From Vicugna vicugna (lineage: Eukaryota): 64,000 nucleotides of DNA. Positions 38,760 to 51,550 of the stretch are shown here, in pieces (positions within the stretch are counted from its first letter, which is position 1; the number at the start of each line of letters is the position of its first letter). Both the position numbers and the translations under genes were made by a program. Where the stretch lies: NCBI GenBank assembly GCA_013265495.1, contig MU058815.1, positions 380,523 to 444,522 of the forward strand. The letters run 5' to 3'. A model generated the notes under the pieces. The model had not been told where the DNA came from. It saw nothing but the letters and a program-made list of their open reading frames with translations, and did no database searches.

Positions 38760-40430
38760 TTGGAGGAGTTTGGGGTTTTTTGTTATTATTATTTTCTTCC
38801 TTTTTTTTTCTCTGCACCCCAGCCCCATGGGATGTTATGGAGGCAGTGATGGAGGTGACAACAGGTGACTGCAGGAGCTTAAAACTCAGAAGGAGAAGAA
38901 CCAACTTCTGCAGGTAGAAGAGCTGGGGTCCCCAGCAGTGGTCAAACCCAATGCCCTTTTCTTTTTCTGTCCTCCAACTGCTTAGCCCTGGACACAGGCA
39001 CCGACAAGGTGGGTACGCAGCAGAACACGGTAACTAAAGCGCAAGGTTTTGTACCAGGGAACTGAAAATGCGGAGTCCCAAAGAACCAGAAAGTACAAAG
39101 GAGGTCATGGGAGGGTAAAATTCAGAAAAGTGATCCCTTCAAGTTGTTTATAAACTCCTGAGACCACCCATGAGCTATGCATGTGTGGACTTGACCCTAA
39201 ACAGATGTTGAGAATAGAACTGAAAAATAGAACACCACTCAGGTCCCAGACTGGCCACAGCTGGGCACACACACGGGACAGATCCAAGCAGTGCTACAAA
39301 GGCTCTGAGAGCAGAACTGACACTGGAACCACAAACACAGAAGGCGGAGGGGAGCCTGTAGACTGAACCAAATGGATTGACTGTTTACTAAAACAATATC
39401 AACATTCGCCAAGGGGTTAGACAACACTCGGAGCCTTGTAGCCAAAATATAATATTTTAAATCTCCGTGATACAATCTCAAAGGACTCAGTATACAGAGA
39501 ACCAGGAAAATCTCAAACAATCAACAGACACTAAACACAAGATGACATAGATGTTGGAATTATCTGACAAAACTTTACTGCAACGCTATAAAATCGCTCC
39601 AACAAATAAAGAAAAGCATTTTGGGAACCAGGAGAAAGATGGAATGTCTCAGCAAAGATACTGAAGATACGAAAAAGAAAAAAATGGAAATTTTATCATA
39701 AAAACATATTGAATGGAAGAAAATCTCACTGGATGAGGTTGATACTAGTATGGAGATGATGCAGAGGTGTCAATAAAAATTATAGAATCTGGACAAAAGA
39801 CAGAAAAGATTGAGAAAAATAAAGAACAAACCCTCACAGACCTGTGGGACAAAATTAAATGATCTAACATTTGTATCATAGGAATCTCAGAAGGAGAGGG
39901 GGAAAAAAAAAGAAGAAATAATAGCTAAGAATTTCCTAAGTATGGCAAAAAATATAAACATACAAAACAAAAAATTCAGTGATCCCTAAAAATAGTAAAT
40001 CCAAAGAAACCTACACCCAAACATACAATAATCAAACTGCTTTTTTAACAAACAAACAAAAAACTAAAGACATAGACAAAGAGAAAAAAATTTTTAAAGC
40101 GATCAGAAAAAAACAAATTATAAAGGAAAAACTATTTTAATGGCTGCAGATTTCTCATTAAAAATAATGGAGGTCAGGAGAACGTGAAACAGAATATCTA
40201 AGTGTTCAAAAAAACATACTATCAACCCAGAACTCTATACCCACTCAGTGAAAATATCCTTAAGGAATGAAGGTGGTATTTTAAAATGTAGGAACAGTAA
40301 TAGAATTCATTGTCAGCTGACTGGCAGTAATAAAACTGCTAAAGGAAGTACTTCAAACAGAAGGGAAATAATATCAGAAAAAAAAAAACTTGGATGATCC
40401 AGAATGAAGGAGGAGAACAAAAATGGTGAA
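38760..40430 (+). mobile_element. Old L1 (L1MC/MD-type) 5' region and decayed ORF1
   Basis: gatgacatagatgttggaattatctgacaa, gacctgtgggacaaaattaaatgatctaacatttgtatcataggaatctcagaaggaga, tcaacccagaactctatacc, gaaaatatccttaaggaatgaagg. Confidence 0.85.
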
Positions 40431-41035
40431 CTTGGACCCTCCTACATTGATAGTGAGAATACAAAACGGTACAGCCAACTCTGGACAGTAGTTTAGCAGT
40501 TTCTCATAAAGCTGAATGTACCTACCATATGATACAGCAATCCTTTCCTAGGTGTTTACCACAGAGAAATGAACACTCACGTTGTCACAAAAACCAGGAC
40601 ATGAGTGTTAAAGCAGCTCTGTTTACAGTCAACAAACCTAGAAATGCGAATGCCCTTCGACAGGTGGGCGAACAAGCAAACTGTATGCGTTTCACCCCAT
40701 ACAAAGGACCACTGCTCAGCAGTAAAAGGGAATGACCCACTGATACCTGGGACAACATGGGTAAGTCACAAAGGTATCACGCTGACTCGGAAGGTTAGTC
40801 TTTAGGATTCTACAACATGACACTAAAAAAAAAAATATCGGACAGAGGAGGGGCTGCCAAAGCTTCTGGGTGGGGGCCAAAGGCAACTCTGAAGGGGCCC
40901 CACAAGGAAGTTTGGGGAGCTGCTGGAATTGCATCCTGATTTTGGTGGTGGTGACACACATGTCCCCCGTACATGTGATGTTGAGAGCAACTCAGGATCA
41001 AAAGTGATTTTTTTAATGTTGAATAAAATACTAAA
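40431..41035 (+). mobile_element. L1MD-like ORF2 C-terminus and 3' UTR
   Basis: cctaccatatgatacagcaatcc...taggtgtttaccacagagaaatgaacact...ctcagcagtaaaagggaatgacccactgatac. Confidence 0.82.
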
Positions 41036-41599
41036 TGCTGCAAGTGCAGATGTCAAAGGGGAAAAAAAGCCCCCATATTTCAAGCAATCTGGACTGCGTT
41101 ATTTCATGCAGCCTGCGAATGGCCCTAAGCCACAGATTTGGAACTGATTTTAAGGAGAGTCTGAGTGAGTGTGTATAATATTTTTATATACCTGGGGAAA
41201 ATATTTCTTCTAATGACGCTCACAGGAGCAAGAAAACTCACTCCAGGCCTGATCATCCGATAGTTTCCAGAACGCTGCAAGCAGCGTTCACATTAGTAAA
41301 AGCGTAATTGTAAAGGTTGTTGGTACCAACATTAAAAATAGTAGCATTCCACAGCTTCATCAAATTACTCTTTAACATGTTACCTTCCAGAGAGAGGTAC
41401 TTACATCCAGGTTTAAGGACTCTCCTGACCACAGAAACCCCTGGTTTTTTCAACGTGGCCCACGGGGTGACAGTGTACCATCTCCTGTGGCGAAAAGGTA
41501 CGACCTGAGACAGTCTGTCCTGTGCTGCCCCCCCCCCAGCTCTAGCATGCAGCGCGCGCCCCTCCGTCTCCCCTCTGGAGAGTCTCATTCTCTCTGTTT

Positions 41600-41790
41600 A
41601 CACATGTGTGGAGCAGCTGTCTGGTTTATGTATCACTGTTTATCTTTCTCCTTCTAAACCATTATCTGTGTCTTTTACTCTCTCTTTCTATCATTCTTCC
41701 ATCTTGTCATTTATTGGCCGTGCTGCATCCCACAGCATGCAACTAGGTAAATGCTTGTTGAATGAATGAATGAATGAATGAATGAATGAA
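41600..41790 (+). mobile_element. L2 3' end with expanded (AATG)n tail
   Basis: aggtaaatgcttgttgaatgaatgaatg...; repeat at 41759-41790. Confidence 0.7.
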
Positions 41791-41983
41791 TCAGTCTGCA
41801 GACTGGAAGAATGTGCTCGTGGACTGTAATAATGCAAATGTGAGCTTATGCAGGAACCTCCTGTCTGTGTGGCCTGCTGTTTTCAGCGTAACAAACTTTT
41901 CCTTATTTTTAAAAATAATAATAATAATACAAATGTGCATAGGCCTATTTTAAAAGAATATATACAATTTTGATCTTAGGATC

Positions 41984-42519
41984 TTACAACAGGCTACACT
42001 TTCCAAAGAAGACTGCAAAAATGTCTCCCATTTTGCATGTTCTTCTGCAAGGGGACCCTGATGCTCCCCCATCGAGAGCTGGGATCTGTTTCCCCACCTT
42101 CCAATACCCGGGTTGGCCCTGGCATTGCTTTGATCCATAGAACAGAGAGAAAGTGGCCATGTGCCAGTTCTGAACGCAGCCCGTAACTGGCCAGATTCCA
42201 CTTCCTGCCTTTAGAACACTCACTCTTGGGAGGTATTTATTTTTGGAAGCCGGTCACCATGTCATGAGAAAGCCCATATAGGTTCTCAGGTCAGGAAACC
42301 CCCTGAGCTCTGAGCCAACGAGCACCAACCACCAACCATGTCAGTGCACCATCCTGGACGACCAGCCCAACCGAGCCTTCTGATGAGACTGCAGCCCCAG
42401 ACAACATCCTAACCATAGCTATACAGAAGGCCTCCAGTAGGAACCCCGTCGACCCACAGAACTGGGGGGCATAACAACTTGCCAGGTGTTTCATTACCCA
42501 GCAATAGATAACGAAAACA
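41984..42519 (+). mobile_element. Old MaLR LTR, MLT1G/H-like
   Basis: ttgctttgatccatagaacag...gtgccagttctg, gactgcagccccagacaacatcct, ends cagcaatagataacgaaaaca. Confidence 0.82.
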
Positions 42520-43410
42520 GATCTGTGGAAGGATTTCATCTTCTCCATAAGTAACTGTAAATAAAGAGGTTTATTACATTATTTATTCCAGCTCATTTGC
42601 TCTTTCCATTTATTTGTTTATGCATTCATGCATGCATTCATTCATTAATGCTTTCTGGAAAAAGTCAGCATCAGCCCAAAAGAGGCTCCCAGCCTTTGGT
42701 ATAACTGAAGTTAAACTGAGTCTGTGGCACGTGGAAAGGTTTCTGACCTGGGTCCCTCATGTAAGTGCGTTTGGAGCTATAAGCTTGAGGTTGGCCCCAT
42801 TCACCCTTTGGTCTGTCTGGTCATTTCAACTACGAATAACTGCATCGCTCAAGAAAAGAAGCTATTTTCCCTTGTCAGCAGACACAGGGTTTCCCATGTG
42901 CCCGACAAGTCCTCCTCCCTCCCTGCTAGGCGTCAGGAGGGGTGAGGCAGCATCCACCCACGACCAGAATCAACTCCATCTTTGTCACGACCGAGTTTCG
43001 TCAGATTGCTCGTAAGTCGCCTCCTCTTCCGTTTCAGCATTTCCCAACTGCTCGTCCTGGGCAGCTGTCCCTCCAGGGCAGGGCGTTCAGTGCGCCCCTC
43101 ATACTACGGTGCTCAATGAGCAGCACTGTCGACTGTCAAAACACAGGGCATGCATTTTACTGCAGAACCCAGGGGGCTGGGCAAGAATACAAAAACATAC
43201 AGAGTAAGAACGCCTTTAGCTGGCCCTCAGTATAAATTAGGAAGGCATGGCTCACAGCCAAAGTAACAGCACACACAAGGGGACAGAGAGGGACCTGGAC
43301 AGTGTGGCCCTGTTCACAGTGAGAACAATTCATGCACTCTGGTGTGCTTTGCCTAAAGTTGAGGAATTAGACCCGTGTGGGTCCACAGACCCAGTGTCCC
43401 CCTGACTTAC

Positions 43411-43588
43411 GCTTTTGACTCTGGAGGAGAACATGAGTTCAGTTCTTCTAAAATTCTCAAAAGTTCATGGAGACGCCACATTTCCAGGTTACCATCATCA
43501 TCATACTTGCCGCCGATCCTGACAGCAATGGGAGAAGGCTTGTCCCCATCACCATCTCTGGCCCTGTGGCTCTGGTTCCTTCCTCTGG
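43411..43588 (-). other. Candidate exon (178 nt) with one open frame
   Basis: Acceptor ctttatgctgtttcag, donor AGC|gtaagt; unique sequence; frame RGRNQSHRARDGDGDKPSP...LEELNSCSPPESKA is open but not recognised. Confidence 0.4.
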
Positions 43589-43837
43589 CTGAAACAGCAT
43601 AAAGGTTGGTTTCTACCCGCTCCTCGCACTGCCCCAATCCTGTTGTTTTGCACTCATGAAAACTGCATATTGACTCATTTACTTCCTGCTTGTGTGCATC
43701 TGGCCCACATCCGCCTTGTCAACCACTGGAAATGTTCTCCATCAAGGACCCTGAGATGCCACCAAGGGAACACAGGGCACAGTCAGTCGTGTTTGTTACA
43801 GCACCCCGGACATCTGACTTGCATTTTAACCAGGGCA

Positions 43838-43862
43838 GACACACACACACACACACACACCA
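43838..43862. repeat. (CA)n microsatellite
   Basis: Perfect ac repeats. Confidence 0.95.
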
Positions 43863-44767
43863 CCTCCACAGTAACACACTGTCCCCAGCCCAGCAATATA
43901 TTTTGCTGCCTTGACAGCACTGTAATTTAGCCAGCGCTGCGCAGCTGAATCCCAGACTCCAACGTCTCATTCTACATCCAGATTCTTCCAGAGAGAGATG
44001 CCTTCGGGGGGGAACTTTTCTTCCCCTGAAAAGTCAGGCTGTAAATTACCTTTGACAAATTAACTTTCACTTCTCCTCGGAGATAAATTTTAAAGGGAGA
44101 GTGTCTCCGAGAGTACATTAAAGGCTTTTCCGTCCGGTGGTCTGCTGGACTGGCTGGGGGAGCTGGCTTCTTGTTCTCTTGCTTCGTCAAAGACTTACCA
44201 GCTGTAATGCAGTGTCTGTCTGTAGAAAATCAAGTCAGGACATGGGGTTAGGACAGCTGCCATCTGGAAGGGGGCTGACAAAGCCGTGCCCCCAGAAAGG
44301 CCCGTCCGGGAACCATTCAACTGGGGCTCACACTCAGAGACAGAGAAAACTCTTCCCTTCCACCTTGATGGTGGAAACGCAGTCTGCTTGTGAGGAATAC
44401 TACTCCAGCAAAAGGCTCTTGACCAGCTTCCGCTCAGCCGATGCCTCTGGTCACGGGAGGCTCTTTGCGGCCCAAATGAAACACTGACCAGTCACCACGA
44501 GGCCACACTCCTCACTTCTGCACCCACATTCTCGGTGACACACACCCTCGCCAGGACTCAGCCACATCCATGCCCAAACCTGCTTATGCCAGTGGCATTT
44601 ATTACAGTAAGTAAAATATATAATTAAGCAGGATCTACATATGTAATATTTATGAGGCAACATGAAGGCAAAAAGGGTTCTGTCTAGGAAAGCTAAGTCG
44701 GCTTTGAAAGGCCTCAGTATGGTGAGTTTTTGTGAAACTGACAGAATGAGGAGGAGAAAACTGCGAA

Positions 44768-44993
44768 TGACGGAGAAGACGTTACGAACGTCAGACAAGT
44801 AAAGTTCAGTTTTCGTTCGACCGCTAAGGAAACCAAACTCAAAAAGCCCTACATGTAGTGACGCAGGGAAGACAGCTGGGGACTCCTACCAGGTGACCAT
44901 CACAAGAAGACCTTGGCTGACGTCAAAAGACCGATGAATTCGTGGGTATCTGTAACGCCTTCAGCTGAATACAATGTTTAACATATTGACGTA
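44768..44993. promoter_or_regulatory. CRE motif cluster
   Basis: TGACGTCA at 44918-44925 plus TGACG/CGTCA half-sites at 44768, 44789, 44859 and 44987. Confidence 0.45.
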
Positions 44994-46049
44994 TTATTTT
45001 CTTACGTTTCACTAACTTTGACAGACTTTTTTTTTTTTTTTGGTTATTAGCCCACCCAATTTACAGGTCCCGGTATCAGGGGGTCAGCACACTTCCACCC
45101 GAATTTCAATATGCCGCGGCAGCAGTGAAGTGCCTACAGGTATTCGCCAAGTGATCTCAGATTTTTGTCGTTACCAGCTTTTTAAAGGGACAAGAATTTG
45201 GCTCCATCAGAAGTAACAAACATCTGGCAGTAAGAAGTATATGCAGAAATCCCAGGAGAGTTTCCAATTCACTTGACAAAGGTGTAGACGTGTAAATTCT
45301 TTTCAAAGGATTTCCAAGTGCCCTTAAGAAAGTGACTGGTTAATTGTCTTATTTTTAGAGCCAGCAGAAAATAAGAGAGGCCTGTGGGAGTGCTTCTCAA
45401 ATTATTGTATCCAGCAGGGAAAAAACGCTGATGGACTTCATGCCTTTCTCTGGTTTCCTTTCTAAAAGCCCCACAAAGTAATAGGAATGGAATAAAATCA
45501 GACATAACCCATAACCACAGGGAGAGCAAGAGAAAGACCACAGGAGATGACAGGGCTCAGAAGTTCACAGAGGAAAGCAAGTCAGACAGACTCATGGCGC
45601 AACAGGCAGGAGGGCCCACAGCCTGGGGGACGCAGGGGGAGGGTGCAACGAAGAAACAAAACATGTAAAAGGGGTCCCAGTGGCTGGCACAGGCACAGGA
45701 AGACCGAGAACTCAGAAATGCTGGCCGAGCTCATCAGAGAGCGAGGCGAGGGTGAAAAACAGCAGGACTGCAGATCTAGACACGGGCAAGCAGGAACCCA
45801 CACCCCCAGCTCCCGTCCCCGCCAGGCCCACAGCCCTTTCCCATCTGAGCTCGGCACAGGCCAGACACTCAGGCATCCATTTCTTATCCTTCGCCTAAAC
45901 TTTGCAGAGGATGAAAAAGAAAAAAAAGGATGTGCCAGTCATTCAAGAGGAAAGTGAAACGGGCCACCTAGGAAGGAAGAGACGCGTGTATCTGGTAAAG
46001 GACCCCGCCCCCAACACTGAAAGTGAAGGGAATTCATCCATCCCCACAG

Positions 46050-46800
46050 GTGAGTGGGGCTCGCACGTCATATGCTATTGTTTCAATCAAGAATCAATCG
46101 AGAACCACCACACATCTGAAGAAAGCACCCCACGTGAAAAAGAGGCGCCAAGACAGGAACACACACAGACAAATGACTCCAGAGGAGTCAAAAGAAAGAA
46201 AACTAAATTTTGGAGGCATTAAAGATGGTCTTGGATTCCGCAAAAATTACCAGAAATACAATGAGAAAGAATTAGAGAAGGAGCTACTGAAAATTGAAAT
46301 ACGAGGCCGAAGTTAAAAGCGAAATTCAGGAGAAGGGCTGGAAGACAAGAGTTGAAATTCCACAAGAAGAGCAAAAAGGAAAAGGGGAGTTTCAGAAAGA
46401 AAGCACAGAAAAAGGCGGGGGAGAGGAGCACTAAAAAAGGATACAAGAACATTCCCAAGCTGCAAGACTCAAGTATCCGTATTAAAAGAGCCAAGGCAGC
46501 ACTCAGAACAACAGACCAAAAGACATGTGCATCTAATGTATCATCATGATGCTTCAGAACATCGAGGATAAACAGAAGACCGTCAAACCTCTCCAAGGCA
46601 AAACGAGTCATCAGAGAAGAAAGGAGGATCCAGGTGGAAGCGGACCTCTCAGAAGGCAGCACAGGGGGCTGCGCAACCGTGCGGTGATGTTCCAGGGAGC
46701 ACGCTGTCCAGCTGAGGGCGATACCCAGCCAAACGGGCGTGTGCGTGACTTACAAGGACTCCGAAACTTACCATTTACACGCCACTTCTTAGAAAGTTCC
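46050..46800 (+). mobile_element. HAL1/old L1 ORF1-like fragment
   Basis: A-rich decayed ORF1-like sequence; gatacccagccaaac...caaggactccgaaacttaccatttacacgccacttcttagaaag resembles HAL1. Confidence 0.65.
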
Positions 46801-47920
46801 TAGCTCATCTTCCCAGGCCTCCCTCTTCTCTCCTTCCAACCTCCCTCACCACCAGACACTCAAGGTTTCATCCACACCTTCTGGAAGAAGAAGATCAGGA
46901 AGCCCCAGGGCTTCATCCCGAAGTCAGGTGCCCAGCCTAGCCTGGTGGGAGGCAGAAAGACACAGAACAAGCCTCCCCCACGGATGGAGGGGTTTTGTGG
47001 CCAGAAAGGACCAAGAAGGTCCGTCAAAGACTGTGGTGTCAGAAAGAGGAAAGAGAGGCCTATAAAGACAAAACTATCATCTAGACGTGCCCAAAACATT
47101 GGATTTCCAGGAAACACATTAAGTGTTACCAGATAACTCTAACACATTCACTTAATTCTTGTTCAGCTCTAATCATTCTGAAGAACCAACCACAGCAAGT
47201 GACGTTATCAAATCATTTTCCAGCTGGAGTTTTTTATATACCAGTTATTCCTGTTATGTCTGTTGATGGACTACCTTATATTTAAGCAAGTCCCTTCATC
47301 TCCCGGGTTTAGATTTAAGCTAAAAACTGGAGGGGAAAGGGGCCAAAGGGAAAGGCAGGAGACCTGCTTCCTACCTCGGTGGGAGGTTGCAAGATTTATA
47401 ATTAGATTACATTTGCGAAAGGTTGCAGAGCTCCCCAGGGAGAAGGACTGAAAATAACTAAGGTGTTATTATCCTCAAAGATAATCAATTATTTTCTCAT
47501 CAAAAGGAAGCTAATGAAGGAAGACTCCATGGATGGACACCCCGTAATTTGTTTAAGCCTCTAGCTTTAACAAGATTTCCAGTGTTTAGAACTTCACAGG
47601 GCCCCCGTACCAACTCCGGCTTCCTCCAACAAATGGAATATTTACAGTATCTGAGAAATCCCTTTATTGCTAGAAAAAAATACTAGAGAAGCACTGTCAC
47701 TATTAACATTCATTAAATGCCCTTTTCTACAGACCAGTGGGGGACAGCGGGCGGTGAGGAGCAGGAGGAATAAATTAACCTTGCCTCAGTAGGCCGTGTC
47801 AGTCTCCTCCCCTCCCGGGGCCCAAGGTCCCGGTTCCTCCACACCCCCACAGCTCTCCTTCCCCACCTGCGGAGATGACGGGCCCCTCGTGGTCCGCTCC
47901 AATACAAAAAAGCCCAGTTA

Positions 47921-48060
47921 GATGAAAACGAATATATGCATGTTCACGTGTGACTGAAGCACTGTGCTGCACACCAGAAATTGACACAACATTGTAGACT
48001 GACTGTACATCAATAAAACTATACATACACACACAAAAAGACTCAAAATAATTAAAACCA
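47921..48060 (+). mobile_element. Young L1 extreme 3' end with TSD
   Basis: gtgctgcacaccagaaattgacacaacattgtagactgactgtacatcaataaaa; TSD aaaaaagcccagttag / aaaaaaacccagttag. Confidence 0.9.
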
Positions 48061-48080
48061 AAAAAAACCCAGTTAGTAAC

Positions 48081-48434
48081 TGCTTCGGGCTGAATGATGT
48101 CCCCCAAAACTCATAGGTTGAAGCCACAACCCCCACTGAACGTGACTGTATTTGGAGAAAGAGCCTTTAAACAGGCGATTAAGATAAAATGAGGTCATCA
48201 GGGTGAGCCCTCATCCAAGCCGACTGCTGTCCTTATGAAAGGGGAAGATCTAGACACATGCACACGTGAGGGGAGATGGCCAGCTACAAGCCTGGGAGAG
48301 GGGCCGCAGAAAAACCACCCTGCCGACACCTGGATCTGACTTCCAGCCTCCAGAACCGTGATGAAATACATTTCCTGTGTTTACAGCCACCCCATGTGTG
48401 TACTTCGTCACGGCAGCCCTGGCCAGCGAACATA
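48081..48434 (+). mobile_element. MLT1B-like solo LTR
   Basis: gggctgaatgatgtccccc...gtgactgtatttggagaaagagcctttaaa...aaatgaggtcatcagggtg...gacttccagcctccagaaccgtga. Confidence 0.9.
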
Positions 48435-48449
48435 GTCGTGAACACATTT

Positions 48450-49160
48450 AAAGTGTTTGTGTTCGCAGAACCATTAGCAGTGGGTAATCATGCAATAATC
48501 ACAAGCTCCGGTGGCAGGATGACCATCCGCTGAATAAAACATCCTAGTATAAGTAAATGAAAGAGTAACGGGAGAGTCTGATGAGGAACGGGACGGTTTC
48601 AAAGGGCCTCCCCGCCAAATACCAGATACTGATTAATTTCAAAGGGAAAGCCGGGCAGATGCGACCTTCACCAGTTAGGGACGGACGGAAGCTCCGCGCC
48701 ATCCCAGGAAGGGCAGTTAGGACGACATACACCACATCACGTCTGCGTCGGGTCCTGCCGATGTATACAGAGAACCGGATAAACCCAAACTGGGACTTTC
48801 TTCATAGTGGGCTGTTCCCTGCACAAGTGTCAAGATGGCAAAGGTCAAGAACAGGCTGAGGAGTGTTCCAGACTGGCAGAGACCCAGACGCTGGACTGGA
48901 TCCTTCTGTGCCAAAGGACACCCCTGGGACCGCCAGTGAGAAAGTGTCCTGGACGGGATCTGATGGTAACAACGTATCAACACTAATTTCCTGATTTGGA
49001 CGGATTACGCACAAGAATGTCCTTGTTTGTAGGAGATACACACGAAAGCATTTAGCAGTGATGAGGCATCTCATCAACTACTTACTTTCCAATGGTTAAA
49101 GGGGAAAACATCCTGGGTACCGTAATCACAACTTTCCAATACGTTCTCAACTCCATATAA
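48450..49160 (+). mobile_element. L1MC4-like 3' end
   Basis: aggctgaggagtgttccagactgg...gtatcaacactaatttcctgattt...gaatgtccttgtttgtaggagatacacac. Confidence 0.8.
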
Positions 49161-49984
49161 TTCGGAAAAGCCAGAAAACTCGACACATCTAAACACAGCG
49201 GAGTGCCTGATCTATTATCAGACGTCAGACGTGATTAGATAATATGCACCCATTAGAAATGACTGTTATAGAAAGAGTGATAAATAGGCAACAAGAAAAA
49301 AAGCTTATGGAATAAAAGCATGTTAGTATGATTATAAATGTGTGAGAATGGAAGTAAATACCCCAAAATGTTTGAGTGAGTTATCTCCAGTGGTGCAATT
49401 ACAAATAATGTTTTCTTCTTCATGCTATTTTCCTTCCAAATATTGACTTACATGCATCCATTTTATAATTAGGTGAAAAGTTGGGGGGGGGGCGGTGAGC
49501 ATCACTGGACTGTTGAGCCTGGTCAGCAAAGGCCATTATCAAAGAGCAAAAACAAGGCCACGTGGCAATGTTGCAAAGAGAAAGGGCTTACAGAGAATGA
49601 CCCTATGAGGGCAAGGAGCCTTGGAGGGTAAAAAGAGAGGGTGTTAAGGGGGAAACACTAGGGTGAGGTGTTAGGAGATCAAAATTCTAAAGCAGAGACT
49701 GGGAAGAAAGTTCTATCAAGGGGCCTGGAGGGCAGTGGCCTCTCTTAGGTTGGGCGTCACATTTTGCTGGGCAGAGGGGGTCCCAGGCTGCGGGGGGAGT
49801 CACCTCTCCTTGTCAACCCAGGGCAGAAGCCTACTGAGCCTACAGCAAAGTAAGGTTTGATTCAAGCTCCCTCACCCCAAAGAGAACCCAGAACTGATCC
49901 CTAAGCCCACAGAACTAGCCCGTCACCAAGGCAACCACATCCAAGAGAGTGGGGAGGTGGTCTCCAAGGGATCAGGAAGAGGCA

Positions 49985-50720
49985 ATGAAAATGCTGAGTG
50001 GGAAAAAAAATCACGCAGCAAAAGCAAACATAACATGCCTCTACTTGTACAAATGTCAAAAACAAGCAAAACTAAGCAACATGCTGTTTAGGGCGTATTA
50101 TGGGGCTGAACTCTATCCCCTCAAAATTCATGTATTGAAGTCCTCACCTCCAGTACCCTCAGATGTGACTGCCGTTGGAGACAGGGTCTTCAAATAAACA
50201 ATGAGGTTTAAATGAGGTCATTAGGGTGGGTCCTAATCCAGCATGACGAGTGTAATTACAAGAGGAGATGAGGACACAGACACCCAGTGGCAAGACCGTG
50301 GAAGGACACAGGGAGAAGACGGCCACCTGTAAGCCAAGCAGAGAGGCCTCAGGAGAGGTGACCCCACCCACACCATGATCTTGGACTTCCAGCTTCCAGA
50401 ACTGTAAGGAAATAAACCTTTGATGTTTCAGCACCCCAAGCCCTTTGTTTTGGCAACTCTACAAACTAATCCAGGGACACACACTACTATGTGGTAAAAT
50501 GACAAAAATAAGCAAGGGAATCATTACCAGAAAATAAGGGGACAATTGTTCCACTTGGAAGCCAATGGGACACGGTACACTTCTGAGGAACTGAGACTGA
50601 AGCTCAATTTCTCAAAGTGGGTGGGAGGCACCCAGCTGCTCACTTGATCACTCCTCCCACTGCACACCCACCTTTTACGAATTTACTATTTGTGGTGCAC
50701 CATATAAAATATTTAAAGGT
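49985..50720 (+). mobile_element. L1ME-like 3' fragment interrupted by MLT1B
   Basis: aaaatgctgagtgggaaaaa...aaaacaagcaaaactaagcaacatgctgtttaggg resumes after the LTR with actatgtggtaaaatgac...aagcaagggaatcattacc. Confidence 0.6.
50095..50473 (+). mobile_element. MLT1B solo LTR
   Basis: tattatggggctgaact...aaaattcatgtattgaagtcct...aaatgaggtcattagggtgggtcctaatcca...atcttggacttccagcttccagaactgtaag...aaactaatcca. Confidence 0.92.
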
Positions 50721-50823
50721 GAAAGCGAGCTGGATGGCGACCCTGCACAGTCCAATGTGGAAGCTGCTAGCCACATGGAGCTTTTTTAATTAATCAAAAT
50801 CAAGTAATAAAATTAGAAACTCA

Positions 50824-51528
50824 TGCTGTTTTCCATAATGGCTGCACCGAACTACACAATGGAAAACAGTATGGAGATTCCTCAAAAAACTAAAAATAGA
50901 CTTACCATCTGAGCCAGCAACCCTACTCCTGGGTATATATCTGGAGGGAACTCTAATTCGAAAAGACACATGTACCCCAATGTTCATAGCAGCACTGTTT
51001 ACAATAGCCAAGACACAGAAACAACCTGAATGCCCATCGACAGAAGACTGGATTAAAAAGTTGTGATATATTTATACAATGGAATACTACTCAGCCATGA
51101 AAAAGAATGAAATAATGCCACTTGCAGCAACATAGATGGACTTAGAGATCGTCATTCTAAGTGAAGTAAGCTAGAAAGAAAAAGAAAAATACCATATGAT
51201 ATCTCTCATATGTGGAATCTAAAAAGAAAACGACACTATGAACTCATCTACAAAACAGAAACAGACTCGCAGATGTAGTAAACAATCTTATAGTTACCTG
51301 GAAAAGGGGGTGAGAAGGGATAAGTTTGGGAGTTTGAGATTTGCAAATGTTAGCCACTATATATAAAAATGTCTTTAAAAATTTCTTCTGAATAGTACAG
51401 GGAACTATATTCAATATCTTGTAATAATATTTTATGAAAATGAATGTATGTATGTATATGCATGACTGGGACATTGTGCTGCACAGCAGAAATTGACACG
51501 TTGTAACTGACAGAACTTCAATTCAAAA
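50824..51528 (+). mobile_element. Young camelid L1 (ORF2 end and 3' UTR) with a 33-nt 5' inversion
   Basis: Antisense tgctgttttccataatggctgcaccgaactaca then sense atggaaaacagtatggagattcctc...; TSD aaaattagaaactca / aaaattaggaattca. Confidence 0.93.
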
Positions 51529-51550
51529 AAAATTAGGAATTCAGTTACTC

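Noticed and set aside
49500..49930. Possible old ERV LTR
   Set aside because: No diagnostic termini or TSD recognised
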